Assembly (NCBI GenBank): GCA_963845565.1 | Contig: CAWJSJ010000001.1 | Coordinates: forward strand, 160,001-224,000 | Direction: 5' to 3' | Source of the DNA: an uncultured Methylomirabilota bacterium | GTDB taxonomy: Bacteria; Methylomirabilota; Methylomirabilia; Methylomirabilales; 2-02-FULL-66-22 | DNA length: 64,000 nt | In this document: in pieces, positions 50,390 through 60,242 of the stretch | Numbering within the stretch: the stretch's first letter is position 1 | Layout of the letters: each line of letters begins with the position of its first letter | Made by a program: the position numbers and the translations under genes | Notes under the pieces: generated by a model | What the model was told of the DNA's origin: nothing | The model's input: the letters and a program-made list of their open reading frames with translations, nothing else | Databases searched by the model: none

Positions 50390-52146
50390 GCAATCCGGTG
50401 TGCGATCGACAGGTGCGGGAGGGCCAACGGCGCCTTGATGAGCTCACCCACAGGGTTGGGCGGATCGCGGAACAGCAACCGCTGGTGGGCGAAACCATGA
50501 GGGAACTGTCGACGGCGCTCCAGGAACTGCGTGTGGCGGCCGACGAGCTCCAGCAGCAGAACGAGGAGCTGGCCGAGACCCGCGAACTCGTGGAGGAGGA
50601 GCGCCGGCGCTACCAGGAGCTGTTCGACGACGCCCCCGACGGTTATCTCGTGACCGACGCAAAAGGCACGATCCAGCAGGCGAACGAGGTCGCGGCAAGC
50701 CTGTTGGGCGTGCGCCGGGATTTGTTGCCCGGGAAGCCCCTTGTCGTGTTCGTCGCCAGCGAAGCGCACCGGGCTTTCGCGGCCTTTGTGGCGCGACTGC
50801 ACAACGGATATTCGGAACGCGTCGCGGAGTGGCAGACCACGGTTCAGCCACGGAGTGGTCCTCCCTTTCCCGTCACCCTGACCACGGGCCGGGTCCGCGA
50901 CCGCAAGGGGCGACTCGTCGGCCTGCGCTGGCTGCTGCGAGACAGCTCCGAGCGGGTGCGCACCGAAGTGGCCCGTCGCCAGTGGGAGGCGCAACTCCAG
51001 CATACCCAGCGGCTCGAAAGCCTCGGGGTCATGGCCGGGGGCATCGCACACGACTTCAACAACCTGCTCGGGGGCATCCTCCTTTCCACCGAGCTGGCCC
51101 TTCTCCACCTTCCCCAGGACGCGCCGGCCCGCGCCGACGTTGAGCAAGTGGTGACGACCGCGCATCGGGCTGCGGACCTCACAGGCCAGATGCTGGCCTA
51201 CTCGGGCAGGGGCACCTTCCGCGTCCAACCGATCCTGCTGCCCGCCCTCATCCGGGAAATGGAGCCGTTGCTTCGCGCCTCGCTGCCGAAAACCTGCACT
51301 CTCGATCTTCATCTGGGGGAGGCGGTCCCCGCGATCGAGGCGGATGCCACCCAACTGCGCCAGGTCGTCATGAACCTGGTCATCAACGCCGGCGAAGCCA
51401 TCGGCGACGCGGCCGGGGTCGTCACGGTGCGCGTCGGTGTACGCGAAGTCGACCGTGCGTACCTGGCGAAGGGCGTGCTCGGCAACGAGATACCCGAGGG
51501 ACCGTCCGTCTCCTTGGAAATAACAGACACCGGGTGCGGCATGCCCGAGGAGACGAAAGAAAAAATGTTCGAACCCTTCTTCACGACGAAGTTCGCCGGA
51601 CGCGGCCTCGGCCTCGCCGCGGTGCTGGGGATCATTCGTGGTCATCATGGCGCGATCCTGGTGATCTCGCAGCCTGGGCACGGAACCCAGATCGAGGCGA
51701 TCTTCCCTCCCACTGCTCGGCCCGCGGTTGCTCCCTCCGCCCCGACACCGGTTCCTCCCGCGTGGAGGGGCGAAGGGACGATCCTGGTGGTGGACGACGA
51801 CGCGCATATCCGTTCTGTTGCTGCGCTCGCCCTGGAGAAGACAGGCTTCACGGTGTTGACCGCGGCCGATGGACGGGAAGCGGTCGCAGTCTTCCGTGAA
51901 CATGCGGAGACCGTCCGCGCGGTCATCCTCGATCTGACGATGCCCCATATGGACGGCGCCGCGACCGCGCGCGCGCTTCGCCAGATCCGGCCAGACGTCC
52001 GAATCGTCCTGTCCAGCGGCTACACCAAGGAGGATGCCACCAGGCAGTTCACCGACCGGGACTTGATCGGCTTCCTCCAGAAGCCCTACGCGCTCAAGGA
52101 TCTGCTTGGCACGATCCGGACGACCCTGGAGTCCCCGGACCGCTAG
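50386..52146 (+). CDS. PAS-containing hybrid histidine kinase with C-terminal receiver
   Basis: ELQQQNEEL coiled coil, PAS (FDDAPDGY), H-box AHDFNNLL, NLVINA, DTGCGM, FEPFFTTK, GLGL, REC (ILVVDDD, LDLTMP, QKP); ATGA-coupled to CheR. Confidence 0.93.
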   Translation: MSNPVCDRQVREGQRRLDELTHRVGRIAEQQPLVGETMRELSTALQELRVAADELQQQNEELAETRELVEEERRRYQELFDDAPDGYLVTDAKGTIQQANEVAASLLGVRRDLLPGKPLVVFVASEAHRAFAAFVARLHNGYSERVAEWQTTVQPRSGPPFPVTLTTGRVRDRKGRLVGLRWLLRDSSERVRTEVARRQWEAQLQHTQRLESLGVMAGGIAHDFNNLLGGILLSTELALLHLPQDAPARADVEQVVTTAHRAADLTGQMLAYSGRGTFRVQPILLPALIREMEPLLRASLPKTCTLDLHLGEAVPAIEADATQLRQVVMNLVINAGEAIGDAAGVVTVRVGVREVDRAYLAKGVLGNEIPEGPSVSLEITDTGCGMPEETKEKMFEPFFTTKFAGRGLGLAAVLGIIRGHHGAILVISQPGHGTQIEAIFPPTARPAVAPSAPTPVPPAWRGEGTILVVDDDAHIRSVAALALEKTGFTVLTAADGREAVAVFREHAETVRAVILDLTMPHMDGAATARALRQIRPDVRIVLSSGYTKEDATRQFTDRDLIGFLQKPYALKDLLGTIRTTLESPDR

Positions 52147-52262
52147 GGTGCCCGAACCCGGCGATGCCGGACGCGACGATCAACACAGCAAGGGGACCCC
52201 GGCCACCGCGTCGCCAGTCGCGAGGAACGTTCGCGTCCGGGGAACGTGCATCGGTATCCCCA

Positions 52263-52412
52263 TCCGACCTGTCGGAGCCCCTCCGAGATATCGTGCGTTT
52301 CCCGTGACTTTCACAAATGAGACAACGCACGAACACCCCTCCCAACCCCATGAGTCGACAGGGCTGAAACGGTGTCCGGCCACCTCGAGCGTACGGTGGA
52401 TCTGGCCTTGCA
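52263..52412 (+). promoter_or_regulatory. Sigma54-type cassette copy C
   Basis: TCCGAcctgTCGGAgccccTCCGAgataTCGTG at 52263-52295; TGGATCTGGCCTTGCA at 52397-52412. Confidence 0.8.
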
Positions 52413-52555
52413 TATTCAGTCTGCTATAACGCCGCCCTGGCTCGGCACCTCACCCGAAAGGTGGACGCGAGGGTCGGTCTGGCGGCGGGCTCTGTCGCGC
52501 GAGACCGCGCGAGGGGCGAATGAAAGGCCGCCGCAGGCGGCGGAGGGGCAGGGCC

Positions 52556-52816
52556 ATGGCGCTTGACATGTTCGTGATGTGGGTTGTTGCGGGGCTGATT
52601 GCCGGCTACGTGGCCGGGCACGTCATGAAGGAGGGCGGGTACGGGCTGGCTGGGGACCTCATCCTCGGGGTTGTCGGCAGCATGGTGGGGGGCTGGCTCT
52701 TCTCTGTCTCGAGGATCTCGCCGGACGCGGGGCTGGCCGCGTTGACCATCATCGCGTTCATCGCGGGGATCGCCATGATCTTCGCTCAGCATAGGCTCTG
52801 GCCCATGCACGCCTGA
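52556..52816 (+). CDS. GlsB/YeaQ/YmgE family stress membrane protein
   Basis: WVVAGLIAGYVAG...GYGLAGDLILGVVGSMVGGWLF. Confidence 0.85.
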   Translation: MALDMFVMWVVAGLIAGYVAGHVMKEGGYGLAGDLILGVVGSMVGGWLFSVSRISPDAGLAALTIIAFIAGIAMIFAQHRLWPMHA

Positions 52817-52909
52817 AGACCGTGCCCCACATCTCAGTGGGCCGTGTCGCGACGGAGCGCGCACGGCGACCGGCCCTGGCTTGGGTGCCAGATGACTGAG
52901 GATCCGACA

Positions 52910-53215
52910 ATGCCGACCTACGAGTATCAATGCCGCTCGTGCGCGCAACGGTTTGAGGCCCGCCAAAGCATCATGGCCTCTCCGCGCAGGCGGTGCCCGC
53001 GCTGCGGGAAGAAGGTGGACCGCTTGATCAGCGCGGGCGCCGGGTTCCTGTTCAAGGGGTCGGGCTTCTACACGACTGACCATCGCTCGAAACCCTACCA
53101 GGAGGCGGCGAAGAAGGACCAGGAGGGAGGGAGCAAGGTTCGCCCCGCCGAGAATGCCCCCTCGAAAAGTGCCGCAGGTCCGAAGATGGACGCAGGCCAT
53201 GGGCAGCAGACGTGA
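52910..53215 (+). CDS. FmdB-family zinc-ribbon protein
   Basis: MPTYEYQCRSC...CPRCG...FKGSGFYTTD. Confidence 0.88.
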   Translation: MPTYEYQCRSCAQRFEARQSIMASPRRRCPRCGKKVDRLISAGAGFLFKGSGFYTTDHRSKPYQEAAKKDQEGGSKVRPAENAPSKSAAGPKMDAGHGQQT

Positions 53216-53549
53216 GACCGAACGCCGCGGTGGCGTCGGCGCCGCCATTCCGGCGACGGAGCCGCCCACGTCTCCGGTCCGAGCGGGGGCGGCTCCGTCG
53301 CCGTGCCGGTGGCCCACGCTGGCGATGGTGAGTCGGGCGATCGGTGACGTCGACGCCGCCTTGGCGGCGGATCCCCTCTTCCATCGCTGCCCGGACGGAC
53401 ACCAGGGGAGGATCGACGTGCGCTATTGGTACCTGCGGCCGCTGGAATTCTCCTGTCGCCACTGCGCCGAAGGCGGACGCGTCTGCGTGGTCGACCCACG
53501 GACCGTGGTCTGTCGCCACCGGACCGGACACCCCGTCCTGGAGGGATAG
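53199..53549 (+). CDS. Small Cys/His-rich hypothetical protein
   Basis: CPDGH...CRHC...C...CRH; fills the gap between fmdB-like and ftsH. Confidence 0.45.
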   Translation: MGSRRETERRGGVGAAIPATEPPTSPVRAGAAPSPCRWPTLAMVSRAIGDVDAALAADPLFHRCPDGHQGRIDVRYWYLRPLEFSCRHCAEGGRVCVVDPRTVVCRHRTGHPVLEG

Positions 53550-53555
53550 AGCGCC

Positions 53556-55436
53556 ATGGACAAAAAGCACATCGTGTCGGTGTGGTACTTCCTCGCCGCC
53601 TTTCTCCTCCTGATGGCGCTGCGGGACTACGTCTTTGCGCCGCACGTCGATACCCTCTCATACGGGGAGTTCAAGACCCTGGTGGAGAAGGGGAAGGTCA
53701 GCGAACTGGCGATCGGCGCGCAGGTCATCTCGGGGCGCCTGAAGGTGGATGGACTCGCGGGGCTCCTCCCACCGGCACGGGTCGAGGCGTTGGCCAAGGC
53801 CGGGACAGCCGATCAGCAGTTCGTGACGGTCCGGGTGGACGACCCCGCGCTCGTCCACGATCTGCAGCAAGCGAATGTCAACTTCCGGGGGGAGGTGACG
53901 AGCACCTGGCTCCCGACCTTGCTGGGCTGGCTGATCCCCATGGGGATCTTCTTCCTCATCTGGCGCTACGCCCTCAAGAAGATGGGGGGCGGTGGGGGCC
54001 TGGGTGGGCTCATGACGCTCGGAAAGAGCAAGGCCAAGGTCTATGTCCAGAAGGACACGGGGGTGACCTTCAACGACGTTGCCGGCATTGACGAGGCCAA
54101 GGCCGAGCTGGTCGAAGTCGTCGAGTTCCTGAAGACGCCGGAGCGCTTCCAGCGGCTGGGCGGGAAGATCCCGAAGGGGGTCCTCCTGGTCGGCGTCCCC
54201 GGGACGGGAAAGACGCTGCTGGCGAAGGCCGTGGCGGGCGAGGCCAAGGTGCCCTTCTTCAGCCTGAGCGGCTCGGACTTCGTCGAGATGTTCGTCGGGG
54301 TGGGCGCCGCGCGGGTCCGGGACCTGTTCGCCCAGGCGGTCACGCATGCGCCGAGCATCATCTTCATCGACGAGCTGGACGCCCTGGGCAAGGCCCGGGG
54401 CATGAACCCCATGGGGGGCCACGACGAGCGGGAGCAGACGCTGAACCAGCTCCTGGTGGAGATGGACGGCTTCGAGACCAACAAGGGCGTCATCATCATG
54501 GCGGCCACCAACCGGCCGGAGATCCTCGACCCGGCCCTGCTCCGGCCTGGCCGGTTTGACCGCCAGGTCCTGGTGGACCGGCCGGACCTCAAGGGGCGCG
54601 AGGCCATCCTCCGAGTCCACGCCAAGGGGGTGACGATTGGCCCGGAGGTCGATCTGGCCGCGATCGCCGCCAAGACGTTCGGCTTCGTCGGGGCGGATCT
54701 GGCGAACATCGTGAACGAGGCCGCCCTCCTCGCCGCCCGCCAAGGCAAGGAGGCGGTCGGGAAAGCTGATTTCGACGAGGCGATCGACCGGGTGGTCGCC
54801 GGGCTGAAGAAGACCCGGGTGATGAGCGTGAAAGAGCGGGAGATCGTGGCCACTCACGAGGCCGGACACGCGGTGGCAGCGGAGCTCCTGCCGGGGACCG
54901 ACCCGGTGGCGAAGGTCTCCATCGTCTCGCGGGGGATTGCCGCGTTGGGGTACACGCAGCAGCTCCCGACCGAGGATCGGTATCTCATGACCCGTTCGGA
55001 GCTGTTCAACCGGCTCTGCGTCCTCCTGGCCGGCCGGACCGCCGAGGAGATCGCCTTCAGCGATGTCTCGACCGGCGCCCAGAACGACCTCCAGCGGGCC
55101 ACCGACCTGGTGCGGCACATGGTGGCCCAGTACGGCATGAGCGAGAAGGTCGGCCTGATGACCTACGATGGAGGCGGACGGACGGCCCTCCTCCCGGGTC
55201 TGCCCCAGCCCCGTGAGCACAGTGAGGAGACGGCGCGACTTATCGATTCCGAGGCGAGCCGGATCCTGGTCGAGGCGCACGTAAAGGTCAGTGCCCTCCT
55301 CACGGAACAGTGGAGCGTCGTCGAACAACTCGCGCGCCGACTCCTAGAGAAGGAGGTGGTGGAGCGGGAGGAGCTGCAGACCTTGCTGGCCGGCGTGAAG
55401 CTCTCCGGGGACGGCGGCCGGGAGCGGGAGGCGTAA
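53556..55436 (+). CDS. ftsH: ATP-dependent zinc metalloprotease FtsH
   Basis: Two TM segments, [40 protein letters not shown]. Confidence 0.96.
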   Translation: MDKKHIVSVWYFLAAFLLLMALRDYVFAPHVDTLSYGEFKTLVEKGKVSELAIGAQVISGRLKVDGLAGLLPPARVEALAKAGTADQQFVTVRVDDPALVHDLQQANVNFRGEVTSTWLPTLLGWLIPMGIFFLIWRYALKKMGGGGGLGGLMTLGKSKAKVYVQKDTGVTFNDVAGIDEAKAELVEVVEFLKTPERFQRLGGKIPKGVLLVGVPGTGKTLLAKAVAGEAKVPFFSLSGSDFVEMFVGVGAARVRDLFAQAVTHAPSIIFIDELDALGKARGMNPMGGHDEREQTLNQLLVEMDGFETNKGVIIMAATNRPEILDPALLRPGRFDRQVLVDRPDLKGREAILRVHAKGVTIGPEVDLAAIAAKTFGFVGADLANIVNEAALLAARQGKEAVGKADFDEAIDRVVAGLKKTRVMSVKEREIVATHEAGHAVAAELLPGTDPVAKVSIVSRGIAALGYTQQLPTEDRYLMTRSELFNRLCVLLAGRTAEEIAFSDVSTGAQNDLQRATDLVRHMVAQYGMSEKVGLMTYDGGGRTALLPGLPQPREHSEETARLIDSEASRILVEAHVKVSALLTEQWSVVEQLARRLLEKEVVEREELQTLLAGVKLSGDGGREREA

Positions 55437-55518
55437 GGCAGGCGCCAAGAGTATCGGGGTGGGTCGGTGGTGGAAACGGAACGAGATCCGGACGGATGTC
55501 CGGAGAGGAGCAGGAACC

Positions 55519-55731
55519 ATGGCAACAGGCACGGTCAAGAAGCTGGTCCGGGATCGAGGTTTCGGGTTCGTTCAGGGGTCAGATGGCGTGGAGCTCTTCT
55601 TCCACCGGTCGGCAATCCTGGGAGAGGGATTCGACGCGCTGACGGAGGGACAGGCCGTCGAGTTCGATGTCGAGAAGGGAGACAAGGGACCGCGAGCGGC
55701 GCACATGAAAGTGAGCGCCCCCAGCATCTAG
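55519..55731 (+). CDS. csp: Cold-shock domain protein
   Basis: GTVK...RGFGFV (RNP1), LFFHRSAI (RNP2), KGPRA. Confidence 0.92.
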   Translation: MATGTVKKLVRDRGFGFVQGSDGVELFFHRSAILGEGFDALTEGQAVEFDVEKGDKGPRAAHMKVSAPSI

Positions 55732-55871
55732 ACGGGCGAGGTCTCGAAACTTCACGGGGTTTGCCCTCGGTCGTTCGGCTGTGCGAGGGGTCGGGGGCAA
55801 TACCCCGGTGGGGTTGGGTCGGAGCGTGACCATGGGAAAGGAAGACGGTCTTCCTCGAAAAGGAGGTTGCG

Positions 55872-56258
55872 ATGAAAGTCAAGGAACTCATGCGAACGTC
55901 TGTGGCGAAGGTCTCGCCCGTCGCGACCGTGAGGGAGACACTCTCGATGATGGATGACTCCGGTGTCAGCTCGCTGCCCGTTGAGGATGCGGAGGGTTGC
56001 CTCTTGGGTGTGGCGAGACTCGCCGTACTTTCCCGGGCGCTCGCCGATGGAAGCGTCGCGTCCTCCGCCGCTGTCGGGGATGGTCTGTCGTCCCATCTCG
56101 TCACGGCCACGCCGGAGATGGATGCGGCCAGAGTGGCCGAGATGATGCGCGACAGAGGGGTCGACGACATCATGGTCGTCGAGGGCAGGTACCTCGTTGG
56201 CGCGCTGTCCCTGGCCGAAGCCGGGAAGGCGGACACGGGTCTACGCCCCGCGTTGTGA
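55872..56258 (+). CDS. CBS-pair protein
   Basis: MKVKELM, SSLPV, LVGAL; AGGAGG RBS. Confidence 0.75.
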   Translation: MKVKELMRTSVAKVSPVATVRETLSMMDDSGVSSLPVEDAEGCLLGVARLAVLSRALADGSVASSAAVGDGLSSHLVTATPEMDAARVAEMMRDRGVDDIMVVEGRYLVGALSLAEAGKADTGLRPAL

Positions 56259-56324
56259 CCGTCTGCGGGTCAGTGAGCGACTCCAGTACTGCGGCGACGT
56301 TCGTGACCGACGAGGAGGCGCCGA

Positions 56325-57836
56325 ATGCAGCGGGGCAGCGGACGACATCAGCACGACCTGATGGCCATCGCGCGACGGGTGATGGTCGAGCGTGACTTGC
56401 TCCCGGACTTTTCGTCGGCCGTGATGGCGGAAGTCGCGCGGAGCCAGGCGGCGCCCGCCAACGGAGCGCCGAAGATGCGGGATCTGCGGGGGCTTCTCTG
56501 GTGCTCGATCGACAACGATGATTCGCGGGACCTCGATCAGCTCACCTTGGCAGAACCGATCGGCGGTGGGGTAGTACGGATCCTGGTGGCAGTCGCGGAC
56601 GTGGACGCAACGGTCGCGCAGGGCTCGGCGACGGACGGCCACGCGCGGCACAACACCACCTCGGTGTACACGGCCGCCGCGATGTTCCCCATGCTGCCCG
56701 AACCGCTATCGACTGATCTCACGTCCCTCGGCGAAGGCGAGGATCGGGTGGCGCTGGTGGTGGAGATGGCGGTGAACGCCGACGGAACCGTGGGCGCGCC
56801 AAACCTCTATCGCGCCGTGGTGAAGAATCGCGCCAAGCTGGCCTATGTTGCGGTCGCCGCGTGGCTCGACGCGACGGGACCGATCCCGAGTCGGGCGGCC
56901 ATCGTGCCGGGCATGGAGGCCCAGCTCCGGCTCCAGGACCAGGTCGCGCAACGGCTGCGGGAGGTGCGACACCACCACGGGGCGTTGAGCCTGGAAACCA
57001 TCCAGGCGCGGCCGGTGTTCCAGGGCGAGACACTGACTGACCTGGAGGTGGAGCATCCCAACCGGGCTCGGGCGCTGATCGAGGACTTCATGATCGCGGC
57101 GAACGGCGTGACGGCGCGCTACCTGGAGGCCCAGGGCTATCCATCGCTCCGCCGGGTCCTGCGCTCCCCGGAGCGGTGGGCGCGAATCGTCGAGCTGGCC
57201 GCCGGGTTGGGGACATCCCTGCCCCCGCAACCGGCCGCGGCTGCCCTGGACGCGTTCTTGACGGTGCGCCGCCAAGCCGATCCACTGCGGTTCCCCGACC
57301 TGTCGCTAGCCATCGTCAAGCTGATGGGGCGCGGGGAGTACGTCGTGGAGCTTCCCGGCCAGACGGCGCCCGGACACTTCGGGTTGGCCGTGCAAGCCTA
57401 CACCCATTCCACGGCACCCAACCGTCGCTTTCCTGATCTGATCGCTCAGCGGCTTCTGAAGGCGGCGCTGGCGCACAGCCCGGCCCCGTACGCAAACGCG
57501 GAGCTGCAGGAGCTGGCCCAGCACTGCACCGAGGCGGAGGACCGCGCGAACAAGGTCGAGCGCCAGGTGGGGAAATCGGCCGCCGCGCTCCTGCTGGAGC
57601 CTCGGATCGGAGAGCAGTTCGACGCGATCGTCACGGGGGCGTCGCAGAAGGGGACCTGGGTCCGCATCCTCCGGCCGCCGGTGGAAGGCAAGCTGGTGCA
57701 TGGCGCCGACGGGCTGGACGTCGGCGACCAGTTGCAGGTCACGCTGATTGGGACCGATGTCGAGCAGGGCTATATCGATTTCTCACGGGTGGGCGGCTCG
57801 CCGGCCATGAGCCTTCGGTCCCGGCCGACCCGTTGA
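56325..57836 (+). CDS. RNB-domain 3'-5' exoribonuclease (short RNase II/R family)
   Basis: SIDNDDSRDLDQ, VAVADV, LIEDFMIAAN, HFGLA, YTHSTAPNRRFPDL; C-terminal S1-like domain. Confidence 0.92.
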   Translation: MQRGSGRHQHDLMAIARRVMVERDLLPDFSSAVMAEVARSQAAPANGAPKMRDLRGLLWCSIDNDDSRDLDQLTLAEPIGGGVVRILVAVADVDATVAQGSATDGHARHNTTSVYTAAAMFPMLPEPLSTDLTSLGEGEDRVALVVEMAVNADGTVGAPNLYRAVVKNRAKLAYVAVAAWLDATGPIPSRAAIVPGMEAQLRLQDQVAQRLREVRHHHGALSLETIQARPVFQGETLTDLEVEHPNRARALIEDFMIAANGVTARYLEAQGYPSLRRVLRSPERWARIVELAAGLGTSLPPQPAAAALDAFLTVRRQADPLRFPDLSLAIVKLMGRGEYVVELPGQTAPGHFGLAVQAYTHSTAPNRRFPDLIAQRLLKAALAHSPAPYANAELQELAQHCTEAEDRANKVERQVGKSAAALLLEPRIGEQFDAIVTGASQKGTWVRILRPPVEGKLVHGADGLDVGDQLQVTLIGTDVEQGYIDFSRVGGSPAMSLRSRPTR

Positions 57837-58079
57837 ATGGATTGGGGACGCTTTTCTGACCGGCCGGAGGTTCGATTCCATCCCGACCGGACCGATGTCG
57901 CACCAGCGCGGAGCATTTCAACATCGAGTCCCGTCTCGGGAGATCCCGGCTCCAGCACTCTCGCTGTGTGTGCCTCCAACAGGTTACATCGAATGCTGGC
58001 GCCGGGCGGCTGCCAGGGACTGGGAATCCGAGGCTCGGGGTGGCCCTGGGACCGGCTGGTCCTGAACTGGTGGAACGCC

Positions 58080-58727
58080 GTGGAGAGCCTCCAGGGATTC
58101 GTCGAACAGTTCACATACCTCGGCGTGTTCGCCGTGCTCGTCCTGGGCAGCCTGGGGGTGCCTATCCCCGAGGAGATGGCCATCATCGCGGCCGCCGTCC
58201 TGAGCCACGAGGGGCTCGTCCGGTGGTGGCTGGCGCTTCTCATCTGTCTCCTGGGTGTGCTTTCCGGCGATATGGCGCTCTACTGGGTCGGTCGGCACTG
58301 GGGGGCCGACGTCCTCGCCTGGCGCGCGGTCCGGCTCGTGCTGACGCGCAAGCGGGAGCAGTGGCTGAAGGCGGCGTATCGGCGGCATGCCCTGAAGACC
58401 ATCGTCACGGCGCGGCATGTCATGGGACTCCGCGCCGCGGCTTTTCTGACGGCGGGCATGGCGCGCGTGCCGTTCTGGAAGTTCGTCGTGGCCGACGCGG
58501 GCACCGCGCTGGTCGGCGTCCCGCTTTTGTTTGGATTGGCCTTCTTCTTCACGGATCAGATCCAAGCCATCGTGGCCGACGTGCACCGGGTGGAGCGCTG
58601 GCTCGCGCTCGCCGGCCTCGTGGGGCTCATGGTGGTGCTGGGCGTCGGCGTGTGGCGATGGAAACGGCGTCTCGCGACGGAGAAGCTTGAGGGGGAACGG
58701 ACCGAGACGCCTGCAGTTCGCCCGTGA
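58080..58727 (+). CDS. DedA family membrane protein
   Basis: LGVPIPEE, GDMALYWVGR, ARHVMGLR, AGMARVPFWKF. Confidence 0.88.
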   Translation: MESLQGFVEQFTYLGVFAVLVLGSLGVPIPEEMAIIAAAVLSHEGLVRWWLALLICLLGVLSGDMALYWVGRHWGADVLAWRAVRLVLTRKREQWLKAAYRRHALKTIVTARHVMGLRAAAFLTAGMARVPFWKFVVADAGTALVGVPLLFGLAFFFTDQIQAIVADVHRVERWLALAGLVGLMVVLGVGVWRWKRRLATEKLEGERTETPAVRP

Positions 58728-58779
58728 CTCCCGCTTCCAGATGCCCCCGCCCGCGCGCTGCCGCTGGACACCGCGCCCC

Positions 58780-58928
58780 TCCGACCCCTCGGAGCCGCTC
58801 CGAAATCTCGGACGAGTCCCGTCTGCTGATCCGCGCGGATGTGGCCGTCGGATCCCATCCAACCACGCGATTAGTCCGGACGAATGCCCCTTCGGCCACC
58901 TTGGGAGCGGGGTGGATCTGGCCTTGCA
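58780..58928 (+). promoter_or_regulatory. Sigma54-type cassette copy D
   Basis: TCCGAccccTCGGAgccgcTCCGAaatcTCGGA at 58780-58812; TGGATCTGGCCTTGCA at 58913-58928. Confidence 0.82.
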
Positions 58929-58998
58929 TACTCTGTAGCCGAGGGGGCCGTAGGGAAGCCGGAACGCCGGCGCAGCCGCCGAAGAAGGCAGGAGGGCC

Positions 58999-59259
58999 AT
59001 GACTCTGGAACTGTTCGTGCTGTGGGCCATCGGGAGACTGCTGGCCGGCTGGCCGACCGGGTGGATCGTGAATGGCAGCGGGTACGGACTGATGGGCGAC
59101 ATGGCCCTCGGGCTCGTCGGTAGCCTCTTGGGGAGCTGGATTGTCCTGGCGCTTGGGGTGTCGGTGGGCGCGGCGCTCCTCGCGGTAGGTGGCGGTGCGG
59201 TCATCGGAGCGGTCCTGCTGATCGGCGCCCAGCGCGTGCTCGAGCACGTGCATGCTTAG
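58999..59259 (+). CDS. GlsB/YeaQ/YmgE family protein (paralog of 52556..52816)
   Basis: GYGLMGDMALGLVGSLLGSWI; similar N-terminus and HA* ending. Confidence 0.8.
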   Translation: MTLELFVLWAIGRLLAGWPTGWIVNGSGYGLMGDMALGLVGSLLGSWIVLALGVSVGAALLAVGGGAVIGAVLLIGAQRVLEHVHA

Positions 59260-59328
59260 GGACGTGAATGGTGGTGAGAGGAGCGAACGGTTCTCACGGG
59301 GCTGGTCGTTCGCTGTGGAGGAGAAGAG

Positions 59329-59472
59329 ATGACAAGATTAGTGAGTCGCATGCGGATCGGCGTCGTCCTTTGTTGCCTCGTGGCGATCTTCATGGCGGGG
59401 TGCGCCACCGCCCGCGGCGTTGGGCAGGACACGCAATCGCTCGGGCGCAGCATCGAGAAGAAAGCGCAATAG
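59329..59472 (+). CDS. Entericidin EcnA/B-like lipoprotein (below the ORF track cutoff)
   Basis: MTRLVSRMRIGVVLCCLVAIFMAGCATARGVGQDTQSLGRSIEKKAQ*; lipobox MAGC and GxGxD motif. Confidence 0.8.
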   Translation: MTRLVSRMRIGVVLCCLVAIFMAGCATARGVGQDTQSLGRSIEKKAQ

Positions 59473-59545
59473 CGGGGACGGCAAGATAGGCGCGGCGCTG
59501 GCCTGGGCCCATACACGGTCCGTCACTGGGCGGAAGGAGGTTGTC

Positions 59546-59698
59546 ATGGGAACGATTCTGCTCATCGTATTGGTGCTGTTCGTTGTCGGGGCGCTCCCGA
59601 CCTGGCGGCACAGTAGCACCTGGGGGTACGGCCCGAGTGGCGGGCTCGGTCTGGTCCTTCTGATCCTGTTGGTCCTGGTCCTGACCGGGCGCCTCTGA
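59546..59698 (+). CDS. DUF3309-like small membrane protein
   Basis: GALPTWRHSSTWGYGPSGGLGL; AGGAGG RBS. Confidence 0.85.
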   Translation: MGTILLIVLVLFVVGALPTWRHSSTWGYGPSGGLGLVLLILLVLVLTGRL

Positions 59699-59747
59699 CG
59701 AGGCCGCCCTCGTCACACCTTATGCCGCCTACACGAGGAGATCTGTC

Positions 59748-60038
59748 ATGCGAAGCTATGAAGCGTTTCTCTTGGGCGCGATCACGGGCGGCGTCGCCGT
59801 CTGGGTTTGGGGGAAGGAGATCACGGGCTACCTGCAGGAGCAGACCCGCGGGGTGCGCACGCAGGCCGCGGAGCGCATCCACGCGGTCGAAGAGAGCGCG
59901 GAGCAGCTGCTCGACCGCGGCGGGGATGCCCTGCGGCGCGCCGAGGAGGTTCTGCAGGATACCAAGGCACACGTCCGCGAGACGCTCCAGAAGGGGCAGG
60001 ACGCGATTCGTCCCGCCCCGACAACCGGCGGAGTATGA
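59748..60038 (+). CDS. YtxH-like membrane-anchored helical protein
   Basis: FLLGAITGG anchor followed by amphipathic helical repeats. Confidence 0.6.
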   Translation: MRSYEAFLLGAITGGVAVWVWGKEITGYLQEQTRGVRTQAAERIHAVEESAEQLLDRGGDALRRAEEVLQDTKAHVRETLQKGQDAIRPAPTTGGV

Positions 60039-60242
60039 CCAAACCGTCCACCAGGTGAGCTGAAGGTGGGCGCGCGGACATCGGTCCGGGGATCGGGCCG
60101 CTGCCCACGTCGTCTTACTGTGCGGTGCGTAAAGTAGGCGACACTCCGGCCGGGACCGCACAGTCCGGGGGGGCAGCGCGGCGGGCGGTGGAGCCATTGT
60201 TCTGTGCTGCGTAGTATGTCCGCTCATTCATAGAGGTCCAAA

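Noticed and set aside
59329..59472. Entericidin toxin-antitoxin pair
   Set aside because: Only one EcnA/B-like gene is present; no partner is adjacent.
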